Source of the DNA: an uncultured Pseudomonadales bacterium
GTDB taxonomy: Bacteria; Patescibacteriota; Microgenomatia; UBA1400; UBA1396
Assembly: GCA_964511175.1 (NCBI GenBank)
Contig: CAZEEI010000006.1
Coordinates: 73 to 64,072 of the forward strand
Reading direction: 5' to 3'
Length of the DNA stretch: 64,000 nt
The translations under genes were made by a program, and so were the position numbers. The notes beneath the pieces are model-generated. The model did no database searches and was not told the origin of the DNA. It saw only the letters and a program-made list of their open reading frames with translations. Below are positions 1 to 9,704 of the stretch, one piece after another; within the stretch, counting starts at the first letter, position 1, and each line of letters begins with the position of its first letter.

Positions 1-38
1 ACAGAAATGTACATAAAGTTACTTGACAAATACACAAA

Positions 39-833
39 ATGACAAACGTGAGTCAATTTCAAAGTACGATTTGGGGAAATATTGGTGAACTTCAAAGCAA
101 ATTAAAAAATACTAGACAATTTGATAACGTTGTTTCAATCATGGTTGATGGCAGCTTGATTCGTGGGGATTTTCTTGATGAGGCTAGCGATATAGATCTG
201 ACCATTACGACAAGTAAACCAACAAGCGAGATCGCCAAAATTGCAGAGATAATTGATACCTATCAAAATAAATTACCAAAACGTGTTTGGCCACATAAAC
301 CTTTAAAATATGATATCCAGTGGCAGGATATCGAAACTGTTAGAGAAACAGGAGAACGAGATATAAATGAATGGTCAATTAACAATATTCCCACGGGATA
401 CCCTCGACTCTGGCTTTATGCGTTTGACGGAATTAAATTCCACAAGGTTATTTATGGTGATGATGTAACCAAACTATATACGAGCATTTTTCCTCGCGAT
501 TTTGTTCCTTTGCGTTTGGAGCGACTTAAAGGGTCAGTTACTGAGATTGGTAGCTTGGAATCTGAATACGAAAAGAATTATGGCGCAATAACCCAAGTAA
601 AAAATGCTTGGGAAATATTGAGGGCATATTGTCTTGCCACTGGTCTTGAAAGTATCAATAAAACTGATGTTTATGACCACATAAAAAAGGTTGTTACCGA
701 TAAAGATTTGTTGAAAACTATTGAAACGTTGTGGAATTTTTATCATGGAATGTACGAGGTTAAAAATGCCAAAGAGTTTAGGGGAAATCTTTACAGTTTT
801 TCTCTAAATTTAATGAAATCCTTAAAACTCTGA
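39..833 (+). CDS. nucleotidyltransferase-domain protein (Pol-beta superfamily; ANT/Lnu-like or MNT-like)
   Basis: 264 aa ORF in AT-rich island; N-terminal NTase signature G-S-x9-D-x-D (VDGSLIRGDFLDEASDIDL); helical C-terminal half. Confidence 0.6.
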   Translation: MTNVSQFQSTIWGNIGELQSKLKNTRQFDNVVSIMVDGSLIRGDFLDEASDIDLTITTSKPTSEIAKIAEIIDTYQNKLPKRVWPHKPLKYDIQWQDIETVRETGERDINEWSINNIPTGYPRLWLYAFDGIKFHKVIYGDDVTKLYTSIFPRDFVPLRLERLKGSVTEIGSLESEYEKNYGAITQVKNAWEILRAYCLATGLESINKTDVYDHIKKVVTDKDLLKTIETLWNFYHGMYEVKNAKEFRGNLYSFSLNLMKSLKL

Positions 834-975
834 ATACCCAGATGTTCTTTTAATATTTCGAGCTGTAAAATAAGATTAGCTGTAATGTAGTAGCGAAGAC
901 CAATTTTAACTTTAGAAATAAGAGATAAATCGGGATCGAGTAGATATTGTTTGATATACTCATCCTGGCTAAATA

Positions 976-1029
976 GGTCCGAGCTGGTTACGCTCCCCCG
1001 CTCCAAAAGTGACAGAAATAAACAGAAAG
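976..1029. repeat. ~50 bp direct repeat copy 1 (GGTCCGAGCTGGTTACGCTCCCCCGCTCCAAAAGTGACAGAAATAAA...)
   Basis: near-identical (~47/53) to copy at 1756-1810; contains short inverted repeat GAGCTG...(C)GCTC. Confidence 0.6.
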
Positions 1030-1056
1030 TTACAAGGAAATTACAAGAAATAATAA

Positions 1057-1632
1057 TTATTGACTAGATTTCTTCAAGTCATTAATTCTTTTAAGTACCG
1101 CCTTCAATATGTCTGGGTGATATTTTTTTACTTGCTCTAATGTGTTATCTCCAAAATCGATTGTCCATCTTGCCGCTTTTTCTATAAGATCACTCTTGTC
1201 TTTAGGAACATTGCTCGGTTTATTGGGATATTTATAAATTTTCAGTTTTCCTTCCTTTTCAAGTTTAAATAGTAATTTTGAAACATCATCGATGTTAATT
1301 TCTTCTAGAACCGGTTCAACTTTTTCTGATACTACTTCAGCCGACCATGATGTCTTACCATTTTTAAAGTTGACTGCGTTCAGTTTATATATTGATCCGG
1401 TTTTTTCGCTGTAAGCATGTTGGAATGCCCCTTCAAATTGTTCGTAGATATATGGTTTTCCGTTTTCTACTCCAGTTTGACAAATAAAGTCAAAATTATC
1501 TCCCAAGAACATTGCTGATGTAACAATATCTTTTGTAGCATACACCCATTTTTGTTTATGGGTACTTTCTCTGGGCTCCAACACAGTCAGGCTTTGAGTT
1601 TTAGATGCGTGGTAGACGAAATTCTTGTTCAT
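1057..1632 (-). CDS. hypothetical protein (191 aa, Lys-rich C-terminus)
   Basis: long ORF in AT-rich island, bracketed by the two ~50 bp direct repeats; no recognisable family. Confidence 0.5.
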   Translation of the reverse strand: MNKNFVYHASKTQSLTVLEPRESTHKQKWVYATKDIVTSAMFLGDNFDFICQTGVENGKPYIYEQFEGAFQHAYSEKTGSIYKLNAVNFKNGKTSWSAEVVSEKVEPVLEEINIDDVSKLLFKLEKEGKLKIYKYPNKPSNVPKDKSDLIEKAARWTIDFGDNTLEQVKKYHPDILKAVLKRINDLKKSSQ

Positions 1633-1755
1633 ATAATTAATTATATTTCGAAAACGATTTAATTCCCAATCTTTCTTTTAACAAATTAAGTTTTAAGATG
1701 AGGTCAGGGGTAATAAGACGGTACAAATTGAGAAATAGTCATAGAGGTAATGGCA

Positions 1756-1810
1756 GGTTCGAGCTGAGTACCGTCCCCAGCTCCAAAAGTGACAGAAATA
1801 AAAGGAATAA
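1756..1810. repeat. ~50 bp direct repeat copy 2
   Basis: matches 976-1029; lies in divergent promoter region just upstream of RBS (aagga) of the 1816 gene. Confidence 0.6.
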
Positions 1811-1815
1811 TCGCT

Positions 1816-2466
1816 ATGCCTAAATACAGCGGAGAAAAATCTTTAATGGGTTTAAAAACCTATACTACAAAAGAGACTCTTCCTCCTCCAAGAAAGCCGT
1901 ATCCACTATCAAGAAGAAGATTTTTAAAACTTGGCCTCGGTACTTTTGTGGGAGTGATGGGGGCTAGGCTTCCACTAACTAGTTCAACTCCAGAACTAGA
2001 AATGATTAAGGATTTATGGGGAATCGAAGTTGTTGGACCAAGCGATTTTATTAACACAACCCAGAGAGCTTTATCGCTGCTGAAAAATTCTAGCTACTGG
2101 GAATCTCACGTTCAGTTACTAGAAAAAATCGTAGAGGCAGAAATTACTGGAGTTCAAGTCCAGGAACCTGTAACTTACGGAGTAGACGAACCTACTTGGA
2201 AGGCCTCTGATATTTGGTATGCTGGCACGATAGTTCACGATGCTCATCATGTTAAACTTTACCAAGAAGCTGTTAGAGATCATGGTGTAGAAAATGTGGA
2301 ATACGAAATGTGGGCTGGAGTAAACGGAGAGACTCTCTGTTTACAAGTTCAACTAGAAGTTTTATTAGAGCTTAAAGCTGATAGTTATATCATTTCCTAC
2401 ATCCAGGGTTTTATAGAAAATGGACCGACTTACCAAAACACCCCTTACCCTGATCGAAATTGGTAG
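1816..2466 (+). CDS. secreted hypothetical protein with twin-arginine (Tat) signal peptide
   Basis: ATG at 1816 preceded by AAGGA RBS (listed ORF begins at an upstream GTG at 1789); SRRRFLKLGLGTFVGVMG Tat motif followed by hydrophobic stretch. Confidence 0.5.
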   Translation: MPKYSGEKSLMGLKTYTTKETLPPPRKPYPLSRRRFLKLGLGTFVGVMGARLPLTSSTPELEMIKDLWGIEVVGPSDFINTTQRALSLLKNSSYWESHVQLLEKIVEAEITGVQVQEPVTYGVDEPTWKASDIWYAGTIVHDAHHVKLYQEAVRDHGVENVEYEMWAGVNGETLCLQVQLEVLLELKADSYIISYIQGFIENGPTYQNTPYPDRNW

Positions 2467-2491
2467 CCTCCCAGCTCGTTCCTAAAATAGT

Positions 2492-2812
2492 TTAATTTTC
2501 TCCAAGTAGCCTTTGAAAACGATCCAACAAATACTCTACCCTATATCGGGTAAAAATATCCTCAGTTATCTGGTTTTGATCTCTAAATCTAACAAAATCC
2601 CTCAGTTGATTGACGTACATTTCTTTTCCGGTCGCTCTAATCTGTGACCAGTTCAGGGAAGCGGGATGCTCGATTAAATTATCCAAGCCTTGGAAGCCAA
2701 TTTCTACCCATACTACAACTCTAAATGCAGCGATACTGGCCTGCGTATATTTTTCTCGGAATATTTCTCTGTCTTTATCGGTATCGAGATTACGTAATCC
2801 ATACAGACACAT
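2492..2812 (-). CDS. hypothetical protein (106 aa)
   Basis: ORF co-directional and closely spaced with 2833-3507. Confidence 0.35.
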   Translation of the reverse strand: MCLYGLRNLDTDKDREIFREKYTQASIAAFRVVVWVEIGFQGLDNLIEHPASLNWSQIRATGKEMYVNQLRDFVRFRDQNQITEDIFTRYRVEYLLDRFQRLLGEN

Positions 2813-2832
2813 TTGACAAACACCTAAAGCTG

Positions 2833-3507
2833 CTAAACAATCTTCCTCGCAATTAACTCCTGCGCAATAATCTGCGCAGCAGCATAATTAGGATGAGTAT
2901 TGATCGGGGCAATCCTGGGATTAAGACGTCGGTATACAGGATCATATCTATCCGGCAAAATAAACGGTCGCCAGATACCTAGTTCAGCTAGCCCTTTTAA
3001 GGAAATTAAGAAATCATCATCGGGATTATCTTCATCACCAGTAGCCACCCACTGCATAACCTGTTTAAAAGATTTGTCAGCAGCCATTAGGAGCGGCGCA
3101 ATAGTCCAAGCCAGCTGGGCGTCTGGTCCCTCGCAATTAAAAAGCACTCTTTCGGCTTTGGCATAATCGCTATCGCCAGCACTGCGCGGGCGGTCTATTA
3201 ACGTTAACAACTGCAGGGCAAAAGTTAAAAAAGCTTTATCGCCCGAACAAATACAACGCTGTAAATGGCCCAGACGTCGCTTACTCACCCACTGTTGGTT
3301 AAAATCGGGGTCCGCTAATTTGGGTAATAATGTCACGTATTGTTGCCTAAGTTCGGGCAGACCACCAAGAAAATCCTGAAGTATCTGTCTCACCACTAGC
3401 TGATCTTTGCTTCTTACTTTTTCAAAAGCATTGACCCGTAAACCCCCGGTTACACCATAATCGATTAATCTCATGACGCTTAGGAATTCGTTTCCCCTAG
3501 TTTTCAT
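2833..3507 (-). CDS. hypothetical protein (224 aa)
   Basis: long ORF, no family recognised. Confidence 0.45.
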   Translation of the reverse strand: MKTRGNEFLSVMRLIDYGVTGGLRVNAFEKVRSKDQLVVRQILQDFLGGLPELRQQYVTLLPKLADPDFNQQWVSKRRLGHLQRCICSGDKAFLTFALQLLTLIDRPRSAGDSDYAKAERVLFNCEGPDAQLAWTIAPLLMAADKSFKQVMQWVATGDEDNPDDDFLISLKGLAELGIWRPFILPDRYDPVYRRLNPRIAPINTHPNYAAAQIIAQELIARKIV

Positions 3508-3524
3508 AGTCGAAGTTTAACATA

Positions 3525-3552
3525 TTGAACATTGTCAAACCTGTTGTATAAT
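3525..3552 (+). promoter_or_regulatory. sigma70-like promoter: TTGAAC-16 nt-TG-n-TATAAT, followed by a C7 homopolymer tract and the ATG at 3564
   Basis: seen directly: ttgaac(3525-3530) ... tgtataat(3545-3552) ccccccc(3553-3559) aacc ATG. Confidence 0.45.
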
Positions 3553-3563
3553 CCCCCCCAACC

Positions 3564-4100
3564 ATGAGACTGTTTAAACGGCATAAACCGCCAGAGGCTA
3601 CCACTGTTAGATCCGCTGAAGCCAAAGCCTTCTGGCACAAAGTGGCCTGCGTTCCGGGCTGCGGCGGCTGTTGCCCTAAAGATTGTCAACGTTTTTCCCA
3701 GGAAACTCGTCTTTGCCGGGTTCATCCTCAACCGGGTGCCACCACTGCGGAAACAGAGCATAACCTCGCCGTAGCCTATGAACAACAATTTGGCCATGGT
3801 TGCGATTTGGGTCCCTACGCACTATTTAGCTGGTATCACGGCTGCCCGGTGGTGATTACAATACTAGAAAAAATGCTAGGCCAACGGATTGAGACTTTCT
3901 ATAATTCAAGAGGACAGTCTGTCCTGACCGATAATGACCAAACCCTGGAATTAACCCAAAAGGCGCGGGGCTTTGGTCTTGTTCCCGGTGAATCCTGGCC
4001 GCCAGCCGAATGCGTGCGCCGGGATGTGGATACCATATATTCTGAGGTAAAAGCCGAACTTACCCCAGTTCTGTCGCAGGGTATCCGCCATTGGCGCTAG
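3564..4100 (+). CDS. hypothetical Cys-rich protein (CVPGCGGCCPKDCQRF motif)
   Basis: 178 aa ORF directly downstream of a good promoter; preferred over the overlapping 97 aa antisense ORF. Confidence 0.4.
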   Translation: MRLFKRHKPPEATTVRSAEAKAFWHKVACVPGCGGCCPKDCQRFSQETRLCRVHPQPGATTAETEHNLAVAYEQQFGHGCDLGPYALFSWYHGCPVVITILEKMLGQRIETFYNSRGQSVLTDNDQTLELTQKARGFGLVPGESWPPAECVRRDVDTIYSEVKAELTPVLSQGIRHWR

Positions 4101-4118
4101 GTTAGCAAACTATTTGCC

Positions 4119-5144
4119 TTAATTTTCCGGGATCCGCAACGCCATGTACTCACGTACCGCTTCAACAACGGGAGTGCAAGCCTCCCGCGCTACTTGCGAA
4201 CCATCACGAATAATATCGCCAATCTTAGCATCGGCCAAACTGGCGCGGCGCTGACGCACCGGTTCTAGAAAATCATTCAGTACCGTGGCTAGTCGATTCT
4301 TGAGCACAACGTCACCTAAACCACCGCGACGATATTGCTGCGCTAACTCCTCCACCCCAGCTTGATCGGGGTCAAAAGCGCGTAGATACACAAAAACCGG
4401 ATTGTCGTCCGGGTTGCCGGGATCAGCCACGCGCAGATGGTTGGGGTCGGTAAACATACCCTTCACCTTTTGGTTAACCGTAGCCGCATCATCACTGAGT
4501 TGGATCGTATTACCGAGGCTCTTGGACATCTTGGCTTTGCCATCCGTGCCGACTAGCCGGCCAACTTTGCCTACCAGTGCTTGGCAGGTAGGAAAAACCG
4601 GACCATAATCGCGATTAAAGCGGGCGCCCAGATCGTTAGCGTACTCAACGTGGGGAACTTGGTCGTCGCCGACCGGAATAAGGATTTCATTATCCGGATG
4701 AAGCGGGTAAGGACTGACCATAAAAATATCGGCGACTTGATCGACGGGGTAAGTCATGAATCCCATGGAAGCATTAGGTTGGCGCTCCAGTTCGGTCTTT
4801 AAGGTTGGATTGCGCATTACTTCGCTGTAGCGGGCAATCATCATTAGTAAAGCCGAAAGCTCGTAACGCTCTAGTACCTGCGACTGCAGGACAAAGTGGA
4901 CGTGCGGTAGGGTTGGATCTAGCCCGACCGCCAGCCAATCCTTAGTGACTTCCACGACGGAACGGGTCAATAGCGCGGGATTATCGGCATGGGTGGTTAG
5001 AGCTTGGACGTCGGCTAGGAGAAAGTAACACTCATACTCCCCGGCATCCTGAATTCCTTTCCACGACTTCAGAGCCCCCACGTAATGGCCAAGGTGGAGT
5101 GAGCCAGTGGTACGCATACCGGTTAAGACAACTTTTCTCTTCAT
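4119..5144 (-). CDS. trpS: tryptophan--tRNA ligase
   Basis: class I aaRS: N-terminal TGxxxTGxLHLGHY (HIGH) and KMSKS motifs, ~340 aa; start taken at MKRKVVLTG. Confidence 0.85.
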   Translation of the reverse strand: MKRKVVLTGMRTTGSLHLGHYVGALKSWKGIQDAGEYECYFLLADVQALTTHADNPALLTRSVVEVTKDWLAVGLDPTLPHVHFVLQSQVLERYELSALLMMIARYSEVMRNPTLKTELERQPNASMGFMTYPVDQVADIFMVSPYPLHPDNEILIPVGDDQVPHVEYANDLGARFNRDYGPVFPTCQALVGKVGRLVGTDGKAKMSKSLGNTIQLSDDAATVNQKVKGMFTDPNHLRVADPGNPDDNPVFVYLRAFDPDQAGVEELAQQYRRGGLGDVVLKNRLATVLNDFLEPVRQRRASLADAKIGDIIRDGSQVAREACTPVVEAVREYMALRIPEN

Positions 5145-5183
5145 GATTGCATTATATCCCAAATTCGATACAATCCGGATCAT

Positions 5184-5753
5184 ATGAAAAAATCAAATCC
5201 ATTAGAAGTTAACATCGATCATATCTATGGTTGTGTACGCACTAGTCAACCTGTTGTTGAGCGGCGGGGTGATGAGGTGGTTTGCACCAGATGGCGCAGC
5301 AGAGCGCTTAGTGGGATTCCGATAACTGGTGAGTGTCCGTTAGATGACGTGGACGAACAAGCCCGCGCGGCATCGTGTTTTTTCAGTCAGTGTCTTTCCT
5401 CAGAGAGAGATGATAAGGGAATAAGACTGATCCGGGCAATTGAGGCCTTTCGCCCCTTGATCGAAAAGGATCAATCTATCACCGGAGTTAAACTAGTCGA
5501 AGCTATGCGTGATCAAGGTTATTCCCCTGAAGACGCAGCTTATGTAATAAGTATTGTCCAAGGTGCCAAATACCCCATATTTGCTGTACTCCCTGGTAGG
5601 AGCTCTAGTCCATGGGGATCCTTGTACGTCAGTGAAACTCGTTTAAGTAAACCGGACTATGTAAAAGCGCTCCTAAACTTTGATAAACAATTGACGCGTG
5701 TCTCCTGGACTGAAACTCTGCCCGACAATACGTCCGCAGACGGTAATCGTTAA
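5184..5753 (+). CDS. hypothetical protein (189 aa)
   Basis: ORF divergent from trpS. Confidence 0.4.
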   Translation: MKKSNPLEVNIDHIYGCVRTSQPVVERRGDEVVCTRWRSRALSGIPITGECPLDDVDEQARAASCFFSQCLSSERDDKGIRLIRAIEAFRPLIEKDQSITGVKLVEAMRDQGYSPEDAAYVISIVQGAKYPIFAVLPGRSSSPWGSLYVSETRLSKPDYVKALLNFDKQLTRVSWTETLPDNTSADGNR

Positions 5754-5776
5754 GGCTGTTGGTACAACCAGCACGT

Positions 5777-6010
5777 CTATCTTAGCGACTGCAGCCAGGC
5801 TAAAAATTCAGCGGCATTGTGAGCGCCCGCCCGGCTCATATACTCGTCAGGAATGGTAATCGATTCACGCGTGCCACCTGTCTGAGAACCAGACACCGGC
5901 GGACCAGAATCTTCTTCCGACACATAGCCAATCCGACTAGCATCCCAACCCAGCTTCTCACCTACTTTGGAATAAAGTAAAAATTGGATCTGTCGGTAAA
6001 TTTCTTCCAT
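5777..6010 (-). CDS. hypothetical small protein (77 aa)
   Basis: ORF only. Confidence 0.3.
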   Translation of the reverse strand: MEEIYRQIQFLLYSKVGEKLGWDASRIGYVSEEDSGPPVSGSQTGGTRESITIPDEYMSRAGAHNAAEFLAWLQSLR

Positions 6011-6019
6011 TTGTCCCTT

Positions 6020-6667
6020 TCAACGAGTGGTCGTCTCGCCTTGGAAAACCCGCCGCCAAGCTATCGCTAATTGCGCTACTTCCCGATTAGTAACTTCAAA
6101 AAAACTACGGTGAATCAAGACTTCTTCGTCGGTGGCGGGACGGGCAATCAGTTGATTAAACGGGCGTATACCCATTATTAACATTTGGCGAAAAGTCCAT
6201 AATTTGCCATCTTCGTCCATTAAACAAACGTCTTCTTCATCAATATTTCCCTGCGTTGGTCGCATAAGATCGTCTTTTATCAGGTCTGTTTCGCCGATCC
6301 AAAAAACCCGTTCCTCAGCACTACTTCGTTCATCATCGCTTTCGTCCCAATCAGTCGGCGCATGGGTCTGACACCGACCAATCAAAAAACATTTGTCTGT
6401 CATTCGCATCTCGTGTTCAGCTGGTGTTATTTTTTGCAAGGAACAACCGCGTAAAGATTGTGAGCGCCGCTCAACATCCCTCAGTTGGGCAACGGTGGGA
6501 AAGGCACCTTGCCAGCCTTTAGCCATCAATTGCCAGTCCTGACGAACGAGATCGGCTGCGTCAGTTATCTTCCCTTCGATTTCATCCCTATCTGGACGTT
6601 TGTCATCGGTTAAACCGCGCTGCTCAGTATCTTTTTCTTTGCGACGTTTTACCATAAGATTGGTCAC
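6020..6667 (-). CDS. hypothetical acidic protein (215 aa)
   Basis: ORF, no family recognised. Confidence 0.45.
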   Translation of the reverse strand: MTNLMVKRRKEKDTEQRGLTDDKRPDRDEIEGKITDAADLVRQDWQLMAKGWQGAFPTVAQLRDVERRSQSLRGCSLQKITPAEHEMRMTDKCFLIGRCQTHAPTDWDESDDERSSAEERVFWIGETDLIKDDLMRPTQGNIDEEDVCLMDEDGKLWTFRQMLIMGIRPFNQLIARPATDEEVLIHRSFFEVTNREVAQLAIAWRRVFQGETTTR

Positions 6668-6710
6668 TTTCTAAGTGATTGATATCCCCGAGTGTATCAT
6701 AAATCATTCA

Positions 6711-7649
6711 TTACGCCGCTAGCCGCCAAGTACCCAGTACCGGAAACTCGATATGTTTAACCTGGGGAGCAATACCCATGCCGTCTAACGTGCGGCTGAG
6801 CTTGTCGCGGTAAAGCTCATCGCGGAATAAGCCACCGACTAAATAAACTGGTAGGGGCGAGCCGCTATTTAACTGGCGGTAGACTGTTTGAACCATCACG
6901 GCCAGCTGAGCCACCGATTCATCAATCAGCGAAAGGGCGTGCGGCTCGCCCTGTTGCGCCAGCCGTTGCACGGCTGGCGCAGCCTTGGCCACCTCGTGCT
7001 TGTAATCGGCAGATTGAACAATTCGTCGCTTTAGATGAGGAAAGTCCGGCTCATCGTACTCGCGCAAAAGTTCATCGTATAACCTCTCCTTCACTAATCG
7101 GCCATCGTACATCTGAGCAACGTGGTGCAAAGCATCCCAACCTAACATAAAGCCTGAGCCCTCGTCGGAAAAAAAGTGGGACAATCCGCCGGCCTTGGCG
7201 GTTTGGCCGGACTGGTTGCGACCAAAACAGTTAGAGCCCGTCCCGGCAATTAAAAGAATACCAACCCCGTCGCTGGTAGCCGCCCACAATGCCAATTCCA
7301 CATCTGGAACAAGCTTAAAATGATTTGGTTCACTACCATCCGGCAAAGTTTCGGCAACCCACCGTTGGGCATTTTGATAATCTAATTCGGTATCGAGGCC
7401 AGCCATACCTAAAACAATATTCGTTGCCGCCAAAAAATCGCCTCTTTCTTTTTCCGTGACCAGCGCCGCTTCGTCAATCATGGCCAGCAGCCGTTCGCTG
7501 GCGCTAGTGGTACTGATTACGTCCAAATTAATACCGGGGTGCTTAGTATCCAAAAGGGCGCTGTCTAGCGTCATTGGCGCTTGGCCATTGGCTTCCCAAA
7601 GTACTACGTGGGATTTAGTTGCGCCGGCATCGATACCAAGAATATACAT
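6711..7649 (-). CDS. BadF/BadG/BcrA/BcrD-type ATPase (N-acetylglucosamine/sugar kinase-like, ASKHA fold)
   Basis: N-terminal MYILGIDAGATKSH phosphate-1 motif; ~310 aa; in carbohydrate cluster. Confidence 0.75.
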   Translation of the reverse strand: MYILGIDAGATKSHVVLWEANGQAPMTLDSALLDTKHPGINLDVISTTSASERLLAMIDEAALVTEKERGDFLAATNIVLGMAGLDTELDYQNAQRWVAETLPDGSEPNHFKLVPDVELALWAATSDGVGILLIAGTGSNCFGRNQSGQTAKAGGLSHFFSDEGSGFMLGWDALHHVAQMYDGRLVKERLYDELLREYDEPDFPHLKRRIVQSADYKHEVAKAAPAVQRLAQQGEPHALSLIDESVAQLAVMVQTVYRQLNSGSPLPVYLVGGLFRDELYRDKLSRTLDGMGIAPQVKHIEFPVLGTWRLAA

Positions 7650-7669
7650 ATCTTAATGGTAGCACGCGG

Positions 7670-7726
7670 AGGGGTCAGACCCTAGGCAGGGTCTGACCTC
7701 GGCTGGGGTCTGACCCTAGGCCAGGC
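7670..7726. repeat. REP family A cluster (GGGGTCAGACCC / GGGTCTGACC palindromic units x3)
   Basis: seen directly; same units at 25211-25241, 47118-47186, 47646-47697. Confidence 0.6.
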
Positions 7727-9692
7727 CGAATTCCTTTATTTTGTCGAGATACATTAGCACCGTCTCCACAAAAGTAGCGTGGCTCCAGGCCAGCGGCGCA
7801 GCGGAAAGTGGCGCACCAGTGAAGGGATGGAATTGTTCGGCCAGCACCGGCGCCGATCCCAGCCGATCCACCACCCACTCTAAATCGCGAATATCCCGCT
7901 GCAACGATTCGCCATCCCGCGCAAATTTAAGGCGGCGCTGCAAATCCCAGAGCGTAGTAATAATCCAGGGATTAGGCAATGGTGTTTGCGCGTCCTTATA
8001 ATAAGAATCGCCTTCATAGCGGATAAAACCGCCAATACCCTCGCGCAAATGTAAACGCTCCTCCACCGCTTTTTGGGTGGCGATAAATTGATCGTCGGTA
8101 TGCGGTAGAGCATCGTAGTACCACAAGCCCATCAACGAGCTAATATCAACTATCTTCTCTCGTCTCACCTGACCATCTTCGATATAACCCACTCTGACAA
8201 AACTTTGCAACTCCGCATCATAAAGATAAGTCTTCATCGCCTGAACAACGGCGTTGGCCGCGGCGCGGTAATCACGGGCGTGGTTAAGCTTACCCAATAA
8301 TTCAGCGATATTCGCCGCCGCCATTAAACCGCCATACACCGCCGTGCAAGTATAGGTAGTCACACCGGTTACCTCTTCCCAAAGGTCGTAGGAGTGAATC
8401 GGCAAACCGGTTTCCTGATTACGGAAAGCCAACATAAAATCAGCGGCCTTTTCGATCAGCGGCTTGTACAACAGCTCAACAAACTCGATGTCTTTGTTAC
8501 AAAGATAGTGATTCCAGAGAGCATAAATTACGGTCGCTGTTTCATCCTCCTGAATAGGCAGTTGGAGAATTTTATCCTCCAGCCAATCGCGCTGCCTAAT
8601 CGAAGAATGCCAGGTTGAACCCAGTGACAGATCAGTTTGGAATTTGTGGTGCAAATAACCATCCGGATGCAGGACGCGGCGGCAAAAAGTGAAGAAGGGC
8701 TGAGTAACGCTGGTATAGCCGGCTTTATCCAAAGCGATTGCGGTAAAAGCCGCGTCGCGCGGCCACACATACCCATAGGAATCCTTACCGTACAACAACA
8801 TATCGGAATCAGCCGAAGCAATAATGCCGCCATCATGATCCACGTGCGAGCGTAGCACTAGTAAGGAATCGTTGTACAACCGCTTCACTTGGTCGGATAG
8901 ACCAAAAAAATGGTGCGACTGCGTCTGCACCCAAGCATTCCAGAATGATTTGGTGGAGTAAACAATGGCCTTGGGTGTTTTTTGGTGTACCACCGTGTTT
9001 AGTTTGTAAGCATCATCCATTGTTTCAGCCGCACAGAGCCAGTAATAAAGTTCTGCTTTTTCTTTTCCCTGACAGGAAGCACAAAGTCTGATTACCGAAT
9101 CGACCGGTCCGTGTTCCACCGCATTAAGGCTAAGCTCACTGTCTTCCGCGTCACGGAAAGAACCTTGTTTTCCTTCGAAACCGAAAACCCCAACAGTATA
9201 TTGGGTCATGCCGCCCTCTTCCGAATGGCCGTTGACCAGAAACACGCGTCGACCCTTATAGTGCAAAACACAGTTCATGGTTGGGTCATAAAAACCAGTG
9301 TTGCGGAAACGCGTCTCACCGATGGCAAACTCCTGGCCAAAAAACATTTGGATCTTAGAATGGGCTAGGTCACGGTTGTGAAGCTCTATACGACGCACAA
9401 AGATGGGCAGTTCGTTATAAACTACATCTTCGGTTAGTATTTCGATTTTCAGCCAGGCGTGCTGATAGTGAAAGCGGCCGACCATCGAATTGACTTCATA
9501 GCTGACGCTGACGCTCCACTCCGGTGCATCCAGCCAAGAAAAGTAACCGTCCACTGAAATGCCGATCCGGTGCTTATTGCCGGAAACATGATTCTCCAAA
9601 CCCACGTGCGGATAGTAAAGATCCCGCACGAAACCATATTTATCAAGGGCGACCGTGAGGTAGCCGTTGCTGAGCAGAAGCGAACGAGCCAT
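7716..9692 (-). CDS. glycoside hydrolase family 15 (glucoamylase/glucodextranase-like)
   Basis: 658 aa; conserved DLWEEV catalytic-region motif (HSYDLWEEVTG) and overall GH15 architecture. Confidence 0.8.
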   Translation of the reverse strand: MARSLLLSNGYLTVALDKYGFVRDLYYPHVGLENHVSGNKHRIGISVDGYFSWLDAPEWSVSVSYEVNSMVGRFHYQHAWLKIEILTEDVVYNELPIFVRRIELHNRDLAHSKIQMFFGQEFAIGETRFRNTGFYDPTMNCVLHYKGRRVFLVNGHSEEGGMTQYTVGVFGFEGKQGSFRDAEDSELSLNAVEHGPVDSVIRLCASCQGKEKAELYYWLCAAETMDDAYKLNTVVHQKTPKAIVYSTKSFWNAWVQTQSHHFFGLSDQVKRLYNDSLLVLRSHVDHDGGIIASADSDMLLYGKDSYGYVWPRDAAFTAIALDKAGYTSVTQPFFTFCRRVLHPDGYLHHKFQTDLSLGSTWHSSIRQRDWLEDKILQLPIQEDETATVIYALWNHYLCNKDIEFVELLYKPLIEKAADFMLAFRNQETGLPIHSYDLWEEVTGVTTYTCTAVYGGLMAAANIAELLGKLNHARDYRAAANAVVQAMKTYLYDAELQSFVRVGYIEDGQVRREKIVDISSLMGLWYYDALPHTDDQFIATQKAVEERLHLREGIGGFIRYEGDSYYKDAQTPLPNPWIITTLWDLQRRLKFARDGESLQRDIRDLEWVVDRLGSAPVLAEQFHPFTGAPLSAAPLAWSHATFVETVLMYLDKIKEFGLA

Positions 9693-9704
9693 GCTTTTAT
9701 CCTC

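Noticed and set aside
791-1006. 71-aa minus-strand ORF covering the first 50-bp direct repeat
   Set aside because: Overlaps the 3' end of the NTase gene and is translated largely from repeat sequence; kept only as a possibility, since a small antitoxin-like gene cannot be excluded.
976-1810. Direct repeats as integron attC sites
   Set aside because: No GTTRRRY core pair or typical attC bipartite symmetry, and no intI nearby; reported only as generic direct repeats.
3504-3797. 97-aa minus-strand ORF overlapping 3564-4100
   Set aside because: The plus-strand ORF is longer and sits directly behind a good -35/-10 promoter; the minus ORF has no comparable signal.
7670-7726. Clustered short palindromic repeats that could be mistaken for a CRISPR array (also 47118-47186, 20901-20978)
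   Set aside because: Units are in mixed orientation with near-zero or irregular spacers and recur dispersed at gene ends; this is the REP/BIME pattern, and no cas genes are present.
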